Assembly (NCBI GenBank): GCA_947425205.1
Contig: CANDZL010000008.1
Location: forward strand, 8,899 to 72,898
Direction of reading: 5' to 3'
Length of the DNA stretch: 64,000 nucleotides
Source: an uncultured Hungatella sp.
Lineage (GTDB): Bacteria; Bacillota; Clostridia; Lachnospirales; Lachnospiraceae
In this document: in pieces, positions 37,203 through 46,524 of the stretch
Position numbering within the stretch: position 1 is the stretch's first letter
Layout: every line of letters starts with the position of its first letter
Program-made: the position numbers and the translations under genes
Notes under the pieces: model-generated
The model's database searches: none
Told to the model about the DNA's origin: nothing
The model's input: only the letters and a program-made list of their open reading frames with translations

Positions 37203-38938
37203 GACGTTATGGAGCATATATAAAACCATATTTGACAGCTTTTATCCTTGGGCCGCTGCTGATGCTGACGGAAGTGTTTGGAGAGATCATGCTGCCGAAG
37301 CTGATGTCCCTGATCATCAACAACGGCGTGGCAAGCCGTGATACAGGCTACATTATCCGTGTAGGGCTTGTTATGGTACTGACAGCAGCTATTATGGCCA
37401 TTGGAGGAGTTGGAGGGGCTTATTTTTCTTCCAAGGCATCTATCTGCTTTACCAGCGACCTGCGAGGAGATCTGTTCGCCAAGGTTCAGGAATTTTCGTT
37501 TAAAAATATTGACCAGTACAGCACCGGTTCCCTGGTAACCCGTTTAACCAATGATATCCAACAGGTACAGAATGTGACCATGATGGGGCTTCGGATGATG
37601 TTTCGGGCACCGGGAATGTTAATCGGGGCACTGATTATGGCGTTTCTCATGAATGCCAGGCTGGCGCTTGTGATCCTGGTGGTGATTCCATTTCTGGCGG
37701 TGTCCATCGGCATCATTTTAAGGATCGCATTTCCCAGGTTTACGGTGATGCAAAAGACGATTGACCGGTTAAACTCAGGCATTCAGGAGAATTTAACCAA
37801 TGTCCGGGTTATTAAGTCTTTTGTGAGGGAGGATTTTGAGAAGAAGAAGTTTACAGATATGAATCAGGATTTGAAAGACAAAAGCCTCCAGGCGATGAAG
37901 GTGGTGATCACAACGATGCCTGTGATGACGCTGGCCATGAACATCACCACGCTGGCAGTCGTGTGGTATGGAGGAAATATCATTATTGCAGGAAATATGC
38001 AGGTGGGAGACTTAACGGCATTTACCACATATATCGTGCAGATCCTGATGTCTCTGATGATGCTTTCCATGGTACTTTTACAGAGTTCCAGGGCTATGGC
38101 TTCTATCAAGCGTATCAACGAGGTGATGGATACGGAGATTGACTTGTCTGATGAGAAAGCAAACCGGAAGGATCTTCTGGTGAAGCATGGGAAGGTGGAG
38201 TTTCGGGATGTTGGTTTCAGCTACTCAAAGGGCGCCGGAGAGAAAGTTCTGGAGCATGTAAACTTTACGGCGGAGCCAGGCCAGGTGTTGGGAATCATCG
38301 GCGCTACAGGAAGTGGCAAGACGACGCTGGTGCAGATGATTCCCCGGTTGTATGATGCCCTGGAGGGGCAGGTGCTGGTGGATGATGTGGACGTGAGGGA
38401 GTATTCCCTGAAGAATCTGAGAAATGGCGTAGGCATGGTTCTTCAGAAGAATGAACTGTTTTCGGGTACGATTGAGGAGAATCTGCGCTGGGGAGACGAA
38501 GGGGCTTCGATGGAGGAGATTCGGGCAGCGGCAGGAAGCGCCCAGGCAGATGGATTCGTCACATCCTTTACCAACGGGTATGATACGGATTTGGGACAGG
38601 GAGGTGTCAATGTGTCTGGAGGGCAGAAGCAGAGGCTGTGTATTGCCAGGGCTCTTTTGAAAAAGCCGAAGATCCTGATTCTGGATGACAGTACCAGTGC
38701 AGTAGATACAGCTACGGAAGCCAAGATACGGGAATGCTTCCGGACTACCTTGAAAGATACGACGAAGATCATTATCGCCCAGCGAATCGGTTCTGTGGAG
38801 GAAGCTGACAAGATTTTGGTTCTTGATGAAGGAAGGGTGATTGGCATAGGGAACCATGAGGAACTGCTAAAGGATTGTGAGGCTTACCAGGAAATCTACT
38901 ATTCGCAGCGGGATCGTGAGAAGGAGGCAGGTGCATGA
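37193..38938 (+). CDS. Heterodimeric ABC exporter, subunit A
   Basis: TMD plus Walker A GATGSGKT, signature VSGGQKQR and Walker B LILDD. Confidence 0.93.
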   Translation: MQLRRYGAYIKPYLTAFILGPLLMLTEVFGEIMLPKLMSLIINNGVASRDTGYIIRVGLVMVLTAAIMAIGGVGGAYFSSKASICFTSDLRGDLFAKVQEFSFKNIDQYSTGSLVTRLTNDIQQVQNVTMMGLRMMFRAPGMLIGALIMAFLMNARLALVILVVIPFLAVSIGIILRIAFPRFTVMQKTIDRLNSGIQENLTNVRVIKSFVREDFEKKKFTDMNQDLKDKSLQAMKVVITTMPVMTLAMNITTLAVVWYGGNIIIAGNMQVGDLTAFTTYIVQILMSLMMLSMVLLQSSRAMASIKRINEVMDTEIDLSDEKANRKDLLVKHGKVEFRDVGFSYSKGAGEKVLEHVNFTAEPGQVLGIIGATGSGKTTLVQMIPRLYDALEGQVLVDDVDVREYSLKNLRNGVGMVLQKNELFSGTIEENLRWGDEGASMEEIRAAAGSAQADGFVTSFTNGYDTDLGQGGVNVSGGQKQRLCIARALLKKPKILILDDSTSAVDTATEAKIRECFRTTLKDTTKIIIAQRIGSVEEADKILVLDEGRVIGIGNHEELLKDCEAYQEIYYSQRDREKEAGA

Positions 38939-40977
38939 GCGACAAAAAACGGATAGAGAACTTGAAAGGCCCGGAAGGGTGGAAGGAGACGGAAAGCCAG
39001 AAGGCAATGGGAGGCCGGAAGGAGGCGGAAAGCCAGAAAGAATTGGAAGGCCGGAAGGAGGCGGAAAGCCAGAAAGGATTGGAAGGCCAGAAAATAGCGG
39101 GAAATCAGAAACGGGTGGAAAGCCTGAAGCGAAGATATGCAAGAGCAGTGGCAGCGCCAAAGAGGGGGCCTATGGGAGGTCCAGGAGGCCCAGGCAGAAG
39201 GGCGGCTTCCATGGGCAAGGGAAGTCCGAAAAACAGCAAGGCAACAGTAAAAAGGCTGCTGTCGTACCTGAATGAAGATAAGCCTAAGATGGCGCTGGCA
39301 TTTTTCTGTGTGATCGTCAATACGCTGGCTTCCCTGGCTGGTTCTTATATGTTGCGGCCGATCATCAACACCTATATTGCACCCGTAGACGGAAGCAGAG
39401 GGGATATAGCAGGGCTGGCAAAAGCGCTGATGGTTCTGGCGGCGGTCTATGGAGCCGGTGTAGTGGCCAATTATGCCCAGGCAAAGGTGATGTTAACCGT
39501 GGCCCAGAACGCATTGTTTAAGATCCGGATTGATCTGTTTAACAAGATGCAGGAACTTCCAGTACGGTTTTACGACACCACCAACAACGGCGACCTGATG
39601 AGCCGGTATACCAATGACGTAGATACAGTGGGGCAGATGCTTTCCAATACCCTGGTGCAGCTGTTTTCCGGAGCATTAAGCATCATTGGAACCTTACTTT
39701 TGATGATCTATACCAACATTTACCTAACCCTTGTGACGGTTCTCATGATTCCTCTTATGATGAAGGCCGGAGGTGCCGTAGCAAGGAGAAGCCAGAAATA
39801 TTTCTCTGCCCAGCAGACTTCCCTTGGAGCGGTCAACGGCTATGTGGAGGAGACCATCACAGGGCAGAAGGTGGTGAAGGTATTCTGCCATGAGGACATA
39901 GCCAAGGAAGAGTTTGATATCTTAAATAAGGATTTAAGGGACAATCAGATCAGGGCGCAGTTTTTTGGTGGAATCATGGGGCCGGTGATGGGAAATTTAA
40001 GTCAGGTGAATTACTCTTTGACGGCATGTATCGGAGGCCTGCTTTGCATTTTTAAGAATTTTGACGTAGGCGGGCTTACCGTGTTCTTGAATTTTTCCCG
40101 TCAATTTTCTCGCCCTATCAATGAGATTTACATGCAGATCAGCACTGTATTCTAGGCGTTAGCGGGAGCGGAGCGGGTGTTTGCAGTGATGGATGAGAAG
40201 CCGGAGCCAGAGGATGATTGGGATGGGGTGGAGTTAAGTCCTATGGAGGGGCATGTGGTGTTGGATCATGTGACCTTCGGGTACAATCCGGATAAGACGA
40301 TCCTCAGTGACATCAGCCTTTATGCTAAACCGGGACAGAAGATTGCATTTGTAGGCTCTACCGGTGCCGGCAAGACGACGATCACCAACCTGTTAAACCG
40401 GTTTTACGATATTGACTCTGGTTCTATCACCATAGACGGGGTGGATATCCGGCACATGAAGCGGAATAACTTAAGACAGAATATTGCCATGGTACTTCAG
40501 GATACCCATCTGTTTACGGGAACCGTAAGGGAGAATATTCGGTACGGAAGGCTGGATGCCACAGATGAAGAGGTAGTTCAGGCGGCGAAGACGGCTTCTG
40601 CCCATTCGTTTATCATGCGTCTGCCTAAGGGGTATGATACCATGCTGGAGGGCGACGGCGCTAATTTGAGCCAGGGTCAGAGGCAGCTTCTGAATATTGC
40701 CAGGGCAGCTGTTTCAAAGGCACCGATCCTGATTCTGGATGAGGCCACCAGTTCAGTGGATACCAGAACGGAGAAGCATATTGAGCATGGTATGGACCGT
40801 CTGATGGCCAACCGGACCACGTTTGTCATCGCCCACCGGCTGTCCACTGTGCGCAATGCCAATGCCATTATGGTGCTGGAGAACGGGCGGATCATGGAGC
40901 GGGGAGACCATGAGGAATTGCTTGCTATGAAGGGGCGGTATTATGAGCTCTATACAGGGCTTAAGGAACTGGACTAA
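38935..40977 (+). pseudogene. Heterodimeric ABC exporter, subunit B, interrupted by one in-frame TAG at 40153-40155
   Basis: The two ORF halves are in the same frame (STVF*ALAGAERVF). NBD has GSTGAGKT and LSQGQRQ. Confidence 0.8.
38965..39108 (+). repeat. Four 36-bp tandem repeats encoding a 12-aa N-terminal repeat
   Basis: Consensus close to aaagaattggaaggccggaaggaggcggaaagccag. Confidence 0.88.
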
Positions 40978-41084
40978 TTGGGAAGTTTCTGGTATAGTTA
41001 TGGTAGATGAATACCTGCTCTTCGGTGAATAGCGGGAGAGGTTTTTGGGAACATGATACCATAGAAGAGGGAGATGGCTGTGTG

Positions 41085-42437
41085 ATGGAAGGGGTTCATA
41101 AAGGGGAACAGGACCAGTATGAGAAGATGACGACTGCGCCGGTGGCAGGGCTTATCCTGTCCCTGGCGCTGCCCAGTATTGTGACGATGCTGATTACCAG
41201 CGTGTATAATCTGGCGGATACATTTTTTGTTGGCAGGCTTGGCACCAGCGCTACGGGAGCAGTAGGGGTGGTGTTTTCCATTCCTATGATCCTCAATGCC
41301 CTTGGGTTTTTAGTGGGAACAGGGGCATCCAGCCTGATGTCCAGGTTTCTGGGGGCCAAGCAGCAGAAGGAGGCGGAGCGGGTCACCAGCACCGGGTTTT
41401 TCTTAAGCTTTTTCTTTGGGCTTTTGGTGGCTTTCATCGGTTTTGCAGCAGGGGAAGGGTTGATGACTTTGCTGGGCGCTACGGATACCATTCTTCCGTA
41501 TGCTATGGCTTATGGGCGGTATATCTTTTTTGGAGCGCCCTTTGCTGCCAGCAGCCTGGCTTTGAGCCAGTGCTTAAGGGGAGAGGGAAAGAGCAAGGAA
41601 AGCATGAAAGGGCAGGTGTTTGGCGGTGTGTTGAACATGGTGCTGGATCCGCTGTTTATCTTTGTGTTTCACTTGGGGATCGCCGGGGCGGCTATGGCTA
41701 CGGCTATGAGCCAGGTTATCTCCTGGGGGATTCTGATCAGTTATTATCTGAGAGGGAAGACCCAGGTACATATCTCCATTGGCTTTATGTCCCGGACGTG
41801 GGAGCAGTATGTTCAGCTTTTTTCCAATGGATTTCCCAGCCTTAGCCGCCATGGGTGCAATATGATCGCCAATGTGGTGCTTAACTGGGTGGCTGGAGGC
41901 TGGGGGGATGCGGCTATCGCGGCTATGAGTGTGTGCAGCCGCCTTCTGTATCTGTCCAATGCGGTTTCCCTGGGCCTGGGACAGGGAGCGCAGCCAGTGT
42001 TTGGGTATTCCCACGGAGCCGGGAATCACAAGCGGGTGAAGGAGGCGTTCTGGTTTACGGCGAAGGCCGGGATCATAAGTATGTGCTTTTTCAGCGTCAT
42101 AGGGCTTCTGTTTGCACCGCAGCTGATCGGAGCATTCCGGGACGATCCGGAGGTGATTCAGGTGGGAAGCACGGCCTTTCGCCTGGTGTGCGTGGTGATG
42201 CCCTTTGCCAGCTTTGTGTCCAATGTGGGCACCATGTTCCAGATGATCGGACGGCCCTTGCCCAGCACCATGCTGATCTTAAGCCGGCAGCTGTTTTTCT
42301 ATATTCCTGCCCTGGTGGTGCTGCCAAGGATTTTGGGGCTTTTTGGGCTGCAGCTTTCCGGACCTTTGGCGGATATTCTGTCGGCCTGTATGGCGCTTCC
42401 CATGGTGAATCAGTATTTCCGTTCCAAGGGGCAGTGA
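41085..42437 (+). CDS. MATE family efflux transporter
   Basis: Motifs YNLADTFFVG, LNMVLDPLF and GIAGAAMAT, with about 12 TM segments. Confidence 0.92.
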   Translation: MEGVHKGEQDQYEKMTTAPVAGLILSLALPSIVTMLITSVYNLADTFFVGRLGTSATGAVGVVFSIPMILNALGFLVGTGASSLMSRFLGAKQQKEAERVTSTGFFLSFFFGLLVAFIGFAAGEGLMTLLGATDTILPYAMAYGRYIFFGAPFAASSLALSQCLRGEGKSKESMKGQVFGGVLNMVLDPLFIFVFHLGIAGAAMATAMSQVISWGILISYYLRGKTQVHISIGFMSRTWEQYVQLFSNGFPSLSRHGCNMIANVVLNWVAGGWGDAAIAAMSVCSRLLYLSNAVSLGLGQGAQPVFGYSHGAGNHKRVKEAFWFTAKAGIISMCFFSVIGLLFAPQLIGAFRDDPEVIQVGSTAFRLVCVVMPFASFVSNVGTMFQMIGRPLPSTMLILSRQLFFYIPALVVLPRILGLFGLQLSGPLADILSACMALPMVNQYFRSKGQ

Positions 42438-42544
42438 GAATCGTCTCATAGGATCCGCCTGGGGGAAGGCTGTATTCTCCTGGGCGCTTAAAAACGGGCA
42501 CAGGGTGACTTTGGGCGTACATAGGAAGAATATGGGAGGAACAG

Positions 42545-43150
42545 ATGCTGTACGACAGGGATATTCGGGAGCCGTTGTTTGAATTTTTGGAGGAACAATA
42601 CGGGAAGGTGCGAATTCTGGAGGAGAAGCAGATGGGTCGCTCCCGGGCGGATGTTGTGATGGTTCTTCCGGAGGCAGTGGTTGGAATTGAGATTAAAAGC
42701 GATGCGGATACTTATGCCAGGCTGAACCGGCAGGTAAAGGATTATAATCAGTTTTTTGACTATAATTATGTGGTTGCAGGCTCCAGCCATGGAGGACATA
42801 TTGAGGAGCACGTGCCTTTGTGGTGGGGGATTATCACCGTGGAGATTGTGAGGGAGCCGGACGGGGACAAGATTGATTTTTATATGCTTAAGAAAGCCGA
42901 AAGAAATCCTGTAAAGAACCGAAAGAAAACCTTAGGGCTTCTGTGGAGGCCTGAACTGGCTCATATTCAGGAGTTGAACGGTATGGCCAGGTATAAGGAG
43001 AAAAGCAAGGCATTTGTGATTGACAAGATATTGGAGAAGGTTCCGGAGGAGGTGCTGACAAGGCAGATCAGCGAGGAGTTGTTTCAGCGGGATTACACGC
43101 AGATCAGCCAGATCATAGAGGCCTATGGAAGGCAGAGGAGACGCTTTTAA
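42545..43150 (+). CDS. sce7726-like PD-(D/E)XK-fold protein
   Basis: Motifs RADVV, GIEIKSDAD and RLNRQVKDY. Confidence 0.75.
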   Translation: MLYDRDIREPLFEFLEEQYGKVRILEEKQMGRSRADVVMVLPEAVVGIEIKSDADTYARLNRQVKDYNQFFDYNYVVAGSSHGGHIEEHVPLWWGIITVEIVREPDGDKIDFYMLKKAERNPVKNRKKTLGLLWRPELAHIQELNGMARYKEKSKAFVIDKILEKVPEEVLTRQISEELFQRDYTQISQIIEAYGRQRRRF

Positions 43151-43740
43151 TCTACGTCCTCTGCCAGATTTCTTAAAATCTGTTTTAAAGTAAAAGATTC
43201 TGTCTCATCGCTGTATTCATAGATATAGACAATACTGCTCTCGAATCCTTTTTCCCATTCTTCGGTAGGATCGTCAACAACCGCCCGGAGAAAGTTGAAG
43301 CATGCGCTGCTGTGGCTGACTGCCAGAATGGAACGGTGGGTGCTTCCATGCATGATACCGGTTAGGGTCTTTACCATCCGGTCTCTCACTGTGTCACTGG
43401 ATTCACCGCCGTAGGGCAGGTAATAGGTGGTGCATTCCTGCCAGGTCTTGCATTTTTTCTCAATGCTCTCGCCTTCTAAATCTCCGTAGAACATTTCTTT
43501 TAATCCCTTTAATCTGGAATAGGGCATGTCTGTCACGATCTCTAAAGTGTCGCAGCACCGCTCGGCTGTGGAAGTGTAGGCGTGGTCAAAGGTGATGCCG
43601 TTTTCTTTGAAATATCTGGCTACGGCACGGGCCTGTCCTCGTCCACGCTCCGTAAGAGGGGAGTCACACCAGCCTTGTATTTTTTTTCGTACATTGAACA
43701 TGGTTTCGGCGTGGCACAGCAAATATAGGGTCTTTTTCAT
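43147..43740 (-). CDS. Histidine phosphatase (phosphoglycerate mutase-like) family protein
   Basis: Motifs LLCHAET (Arg of RHG replaced by Cys), QGWCDSPLT, LKEMFYG and VSH. Confidence 0.85.
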   Translation of the reverse strand: MKKTLYLLCHAETMFNVRKKIQGWCDSPLTERGRGQARAVARYFKENGITFDHAYTSTAERCCDTLEIVTDMPYSRLKGLKEMFYGDLEGESIEKKCKTWQECTTYYLPYGGESSDTVRDRMVKTLTGIMHGSTHRSILAVSHSSACFNFLRAVVDDPTEEWEKGFESSIVYIYEYSDETESFTLKQILRNLAEDVD

Positions 43741-43815
43741 GGTTTTGCTCCTTTTTTAAGGCTGTGAACAGTGTCATAACGGTTACAGATTGCCATAGAA
43801 AGCGGAATTTGTCAA

Positions 43816-43880
43816 GTGGCATGTTGCGTGGGCCAGGGCATTGTTGCGTGGGCCAAGATATTGTTGTGTGAGCCAAGGCA
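43816..43880. repeat. Three 20-bp tandem repeats next to a minus-strand TTGACA
   Basis: Core TGTTGCGTGGGCCA at 43822 and 43842; TGTTGTGTGAGCCA at 43862. Confidence 0.8.
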
Positions 43881-44158
43881 TTTCCAATGGTCAACGTTAT
43901 TTAATGACATGGATGGTTGAATAGCTGCAAAAACAGGAAAGAGGCAATCAGGGAAGAGATGTGGTTATAGGGAAAAGGCAGGGAAGAAGGATTATAATAA
44001 AATATGCAGGAAGAAGGAGTGTAATAGTGTAATAAAAATAGAAATGGACAGACAGGGGATTTTGATTTAAAATAGAGGGCGGTCAGTGTGTTTGTGGAAT
44101 GGAAAAAGGAAGAAAGGCACTTAAGTTTTGGAAGGGTATGTCTGATAGGGGGAGCGGG

Positions 44159-45079
44159 ATGGAGACAAAAGGGCTTTTGGATTTGCAGGTAATGATGTTT
44201 TTGCTTATGGGGCTGGGGGCATTTCTGCGAAAAAGGGAGATTATCACCAGACAAGGCCGGGAATGTTTGACAGATCTGATCATGGATGTAATTCTTCCCT
44301 GCAATATTGTATCGGCGTTTTGTATCTCTCTGGATGGGGAGATTTTAAAGGCTGGTTTTCAAGTGCTGGTGATTTCTGTAATTTTGCAGATATCCTGCCT
44401 GGTGATCAGCAGTTTTTGCTATAAATGGGTTCCCAAAAGGCAGAGGATGATCATGCAGTATGCCACTCTCTGCGCCAACTCTGGGTTTTTGGGGAATCCG
44501 GTGGCAGAAGGGCTGTTTGGGTCTCTGGGGCTTTTGTTTGCTTCCATTCATCTGATCCCTCAACGGATTGTGACGTGGTCTGCCGGAATTTCTTATTTCA
44601 CGGAAAGCCCTACCAAGAAAGAACTGGTGAAGAAGATTCTCACTCATCCCTGTATCATTGCTACGGAGATTGGCATGGTGATCATGGTAAGCCAGTTTCA
44701 GATGCCGGCTTTTTTAAGCAAGACCATTGGCTCTCTTGGGCAGTGTACCACAGCAGTTACCATGCTGTTTATTGGGACGATTCTGGCGGAGAACGGGGTG
44801 GAGAATCTGGTGTCTAAGCTTACAGTTATATTTTCTGTCATTCGGTTGGTGGTGATTCCAGTGGGAGTCCTGCTGGGATGTATGCTGTTCCAGGTGGATG
44901 AGGTGGCCGCAGGCGTGTCTGTGGTTTTGGCAGCTATGCCGGCAGGAGGAACTACGGCGATTCTGGCAGCCAAGTATCATGGAGACCAGGATTTTGCGGC
45001 CAAGTGTATTGTACTGACCACGGTTTTGTCCATCGGGGCGCTGCCGGTGTGGTGCCTAGCTTTGAATTGGTTCTTTTAG
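44159..45079 (+). CDS. AEC (auxin efflux carrier-like) family transporter
   Basis: Motifs NSGFLGNPV and AMPAGGTTAILA, with about 10 TM segments. Confidence 0.9.
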   Translation: METKGLLDLQVMMFLLMGLGAFLRKREIITRQGRECLTDLIMDVILPCNIVSAFCISLDGEILKAGFQVLVISVILQISCLVISSFCYKWVPKRQRMIMQYATLCANSGFLGNPVAEGLFGSLGLLFASIHLIPQRIVTWSAGISYFTESPTKKELVKKILTHPCIIATEIGMVIMVSQFQMPAFLSKTIGSLGQCTTAVTMLFIGTILAENGVENLVSKLTVIFSVIRLVVIPVGVLLGCMLFQVDEVAAGVSVVLAAMPAGGTTAILAAKYHGDQDFAAKCIVLTTVLSIGALPVWCLALNWFF

Positions 45080-45118
45080 GATCGCACTGCGGCGGAAAGG
45101 AATCATGTCGTTTAAGCA

Positions 45119-45156
45119 ACCTGCCGCAGGTGGAGAATCCTGTGAGGCAGGATTCC
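45119..45156 (+). terminator. Twin hairpins after the AEC gene, probable terminator
   Basis: ACCTGC-C-GCAGGT and GAATCCTG-5nt-CAGGATTC, followed by a T-rich run. Confidence 0.5.
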
Positions 45157-45245
45157 ATTTTAATTTTTTGTCAACAATGTATACCCCCATACGTGGAAAA
45201 TTCAAAGATTCATGGAGAGATAGGTATTATTTAAGGAAAAAACAC

Positions 45246-45274
45246 TTGCACGCTAATACTTTGCGTGCTATTAT
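45246..45274 (+). promoter_or_regulatory. iol promoter with a dyad filling the spacer
   Basis: TTGCAC-17bp-TATTAT with GCACGC-N9-GCGTGC. Confidence 0.65.
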
Positions 45275-45436
45275 AGGATTATACAAAAAAAATTGCACGA
45301 ATGCACGCATTAATCACAAAAAGCACGCAAAAATGGAGCCATAAAAAAGGCTGCCGTGTTGATTTATGAGGGGATGTGGCAGAGGGAAAGTATGGGACTG
45401 CCACAAGTGTGAGATGTGCAAGATGGAGGGAAAGCG

Positions 45437-46471
45437 ATGAAGTATATTGAGTTTGATCAGTCCAGGCCTATGGATCTGGTGCTGCTGGGACGGGTGGCCA
45501 TTGACTTTAATCCTGCGTACAACGATCAGGTGAAGGAGGAGTTTAAGCCTCTTAAGAAGGTACATACATTTGAGAAGTTTGTAGGTGGATCCCCGGCCAA
45601 TATTGCGGTGGGAGTTACCAGGCATGGCTTGAAGGCCGGGTTTATCGGCAAGGTGTCGGATGACCAGTTTGGCGAGTATGTGGTGGATTACTTTAATGAG
45701 CAGGGAATCGACACATCCAATATCACCAAGTGTACAGGAGGGGAGAAGCTGGGGCTGACCTTTACCGAGATGCTCTCTTCTAAGGAAAGCCATATTCTGA
45801 TGTACAGGAACTGCATTGCGGATCTGCAGCTTCATGTGGATGATATTCATGAGGAGTTTATAAAGAATGCCAAGGCGATCCTGATCTCCGGTACAGCTCT
45901 GGCGGAAAGTCCTTCCAGGGAAGCGGCTATCAAGGCAGTGATGCTGGCCAAGAGAAATGGGACGAAAGTGATTTTTGATATTGACTACAGGGAGTACAAC
46001 TGGAAGAACAGCGATGAGATTTCCATCTACTATTCTATGGTGGCTAAGGAAGCAGATATCATCATGGGTTCCCGAGAGGAGTTTGACTTGACAGAGAAGC
46101 TGATCCGGCCGGGGATGACAGATGAGGAAAGCGCGGCTCTGTGGCAGGGCTATAATGCGAAGATCGTGGTGATCAAGCATGGTATGAAGGGATCTACGGC
46201 GTACACTTGTGACGGGCAGAAGTTTAGCATCAAGCCGTTCCCAGTGGATGCAAGGAAAGGCTTCGGCGGCGGTGATGGATATGGTTCCGGGTTCCTGTAT
46301 GGACTATATCAGGGATGGGAGATCATTGACTGCCTGGAGTTTGGGTCTGCGGAAGCATCTATGATGGTGAGAAGTAACAACTGTTCTGACGACCTTCCGG
46401 GGCCGGAGGCTGTGAAGGCATTTATTAAGGAAGAGAAAGAAGCATTCGGCGAGATGATCGCCAGGGTGTGA
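45437..46471 (+). CDS. iolC: 5-dehydro-2-deoxygluconokinase
   Basis: PfkB motifs GGSPANIAVG, FDIDYR and GGGDGY, directly upstream of iolD. Confidence 0.92.
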   Translation: MKYIEFDQSRPMDLVLLGRVAIDFNPAYNDQVKEEFKPLKKVHTFEKFVGGSPANIAVGVTRHGLKAGFIGKVSDDQFGEYVVDYFNEQGIDTSNITKCTGGEKLGLTFTEMLSSKESHILMYRNCIADLQLHVDDIHEEFIKNAKAILISGTALAESPSREAAIKAVMLAKRNGTKVIFDIDYREYNWKNSDEISIYYSMVAKEADIIMGSREEFDLTEKLIRPGMTDEESAALWQGYNAKIVVIKHGMKGSTAYTCDGQKFSIKPFPVDARKGFGGGDGYGSGFLYGLYQGWEIIDCLEFGSAEASMMVRSNNCSDDLPGPEAVKAFIKEEKEAFGEMIARV

Positions 46472-46524
46472 TGCAAGGCAAGGTTCATGAAGGTGAAGTT
46501 CATAATAGGAAAGGAAAGAAAGTC

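Noticed and set aside
40153-40155. Pyrrolysine recoding of the amber codon
   Set aside because: No pyl genes or tRNA-Pyl in the window, the host protein is not a methylamine methyltransferase, and a single substitution explains it.
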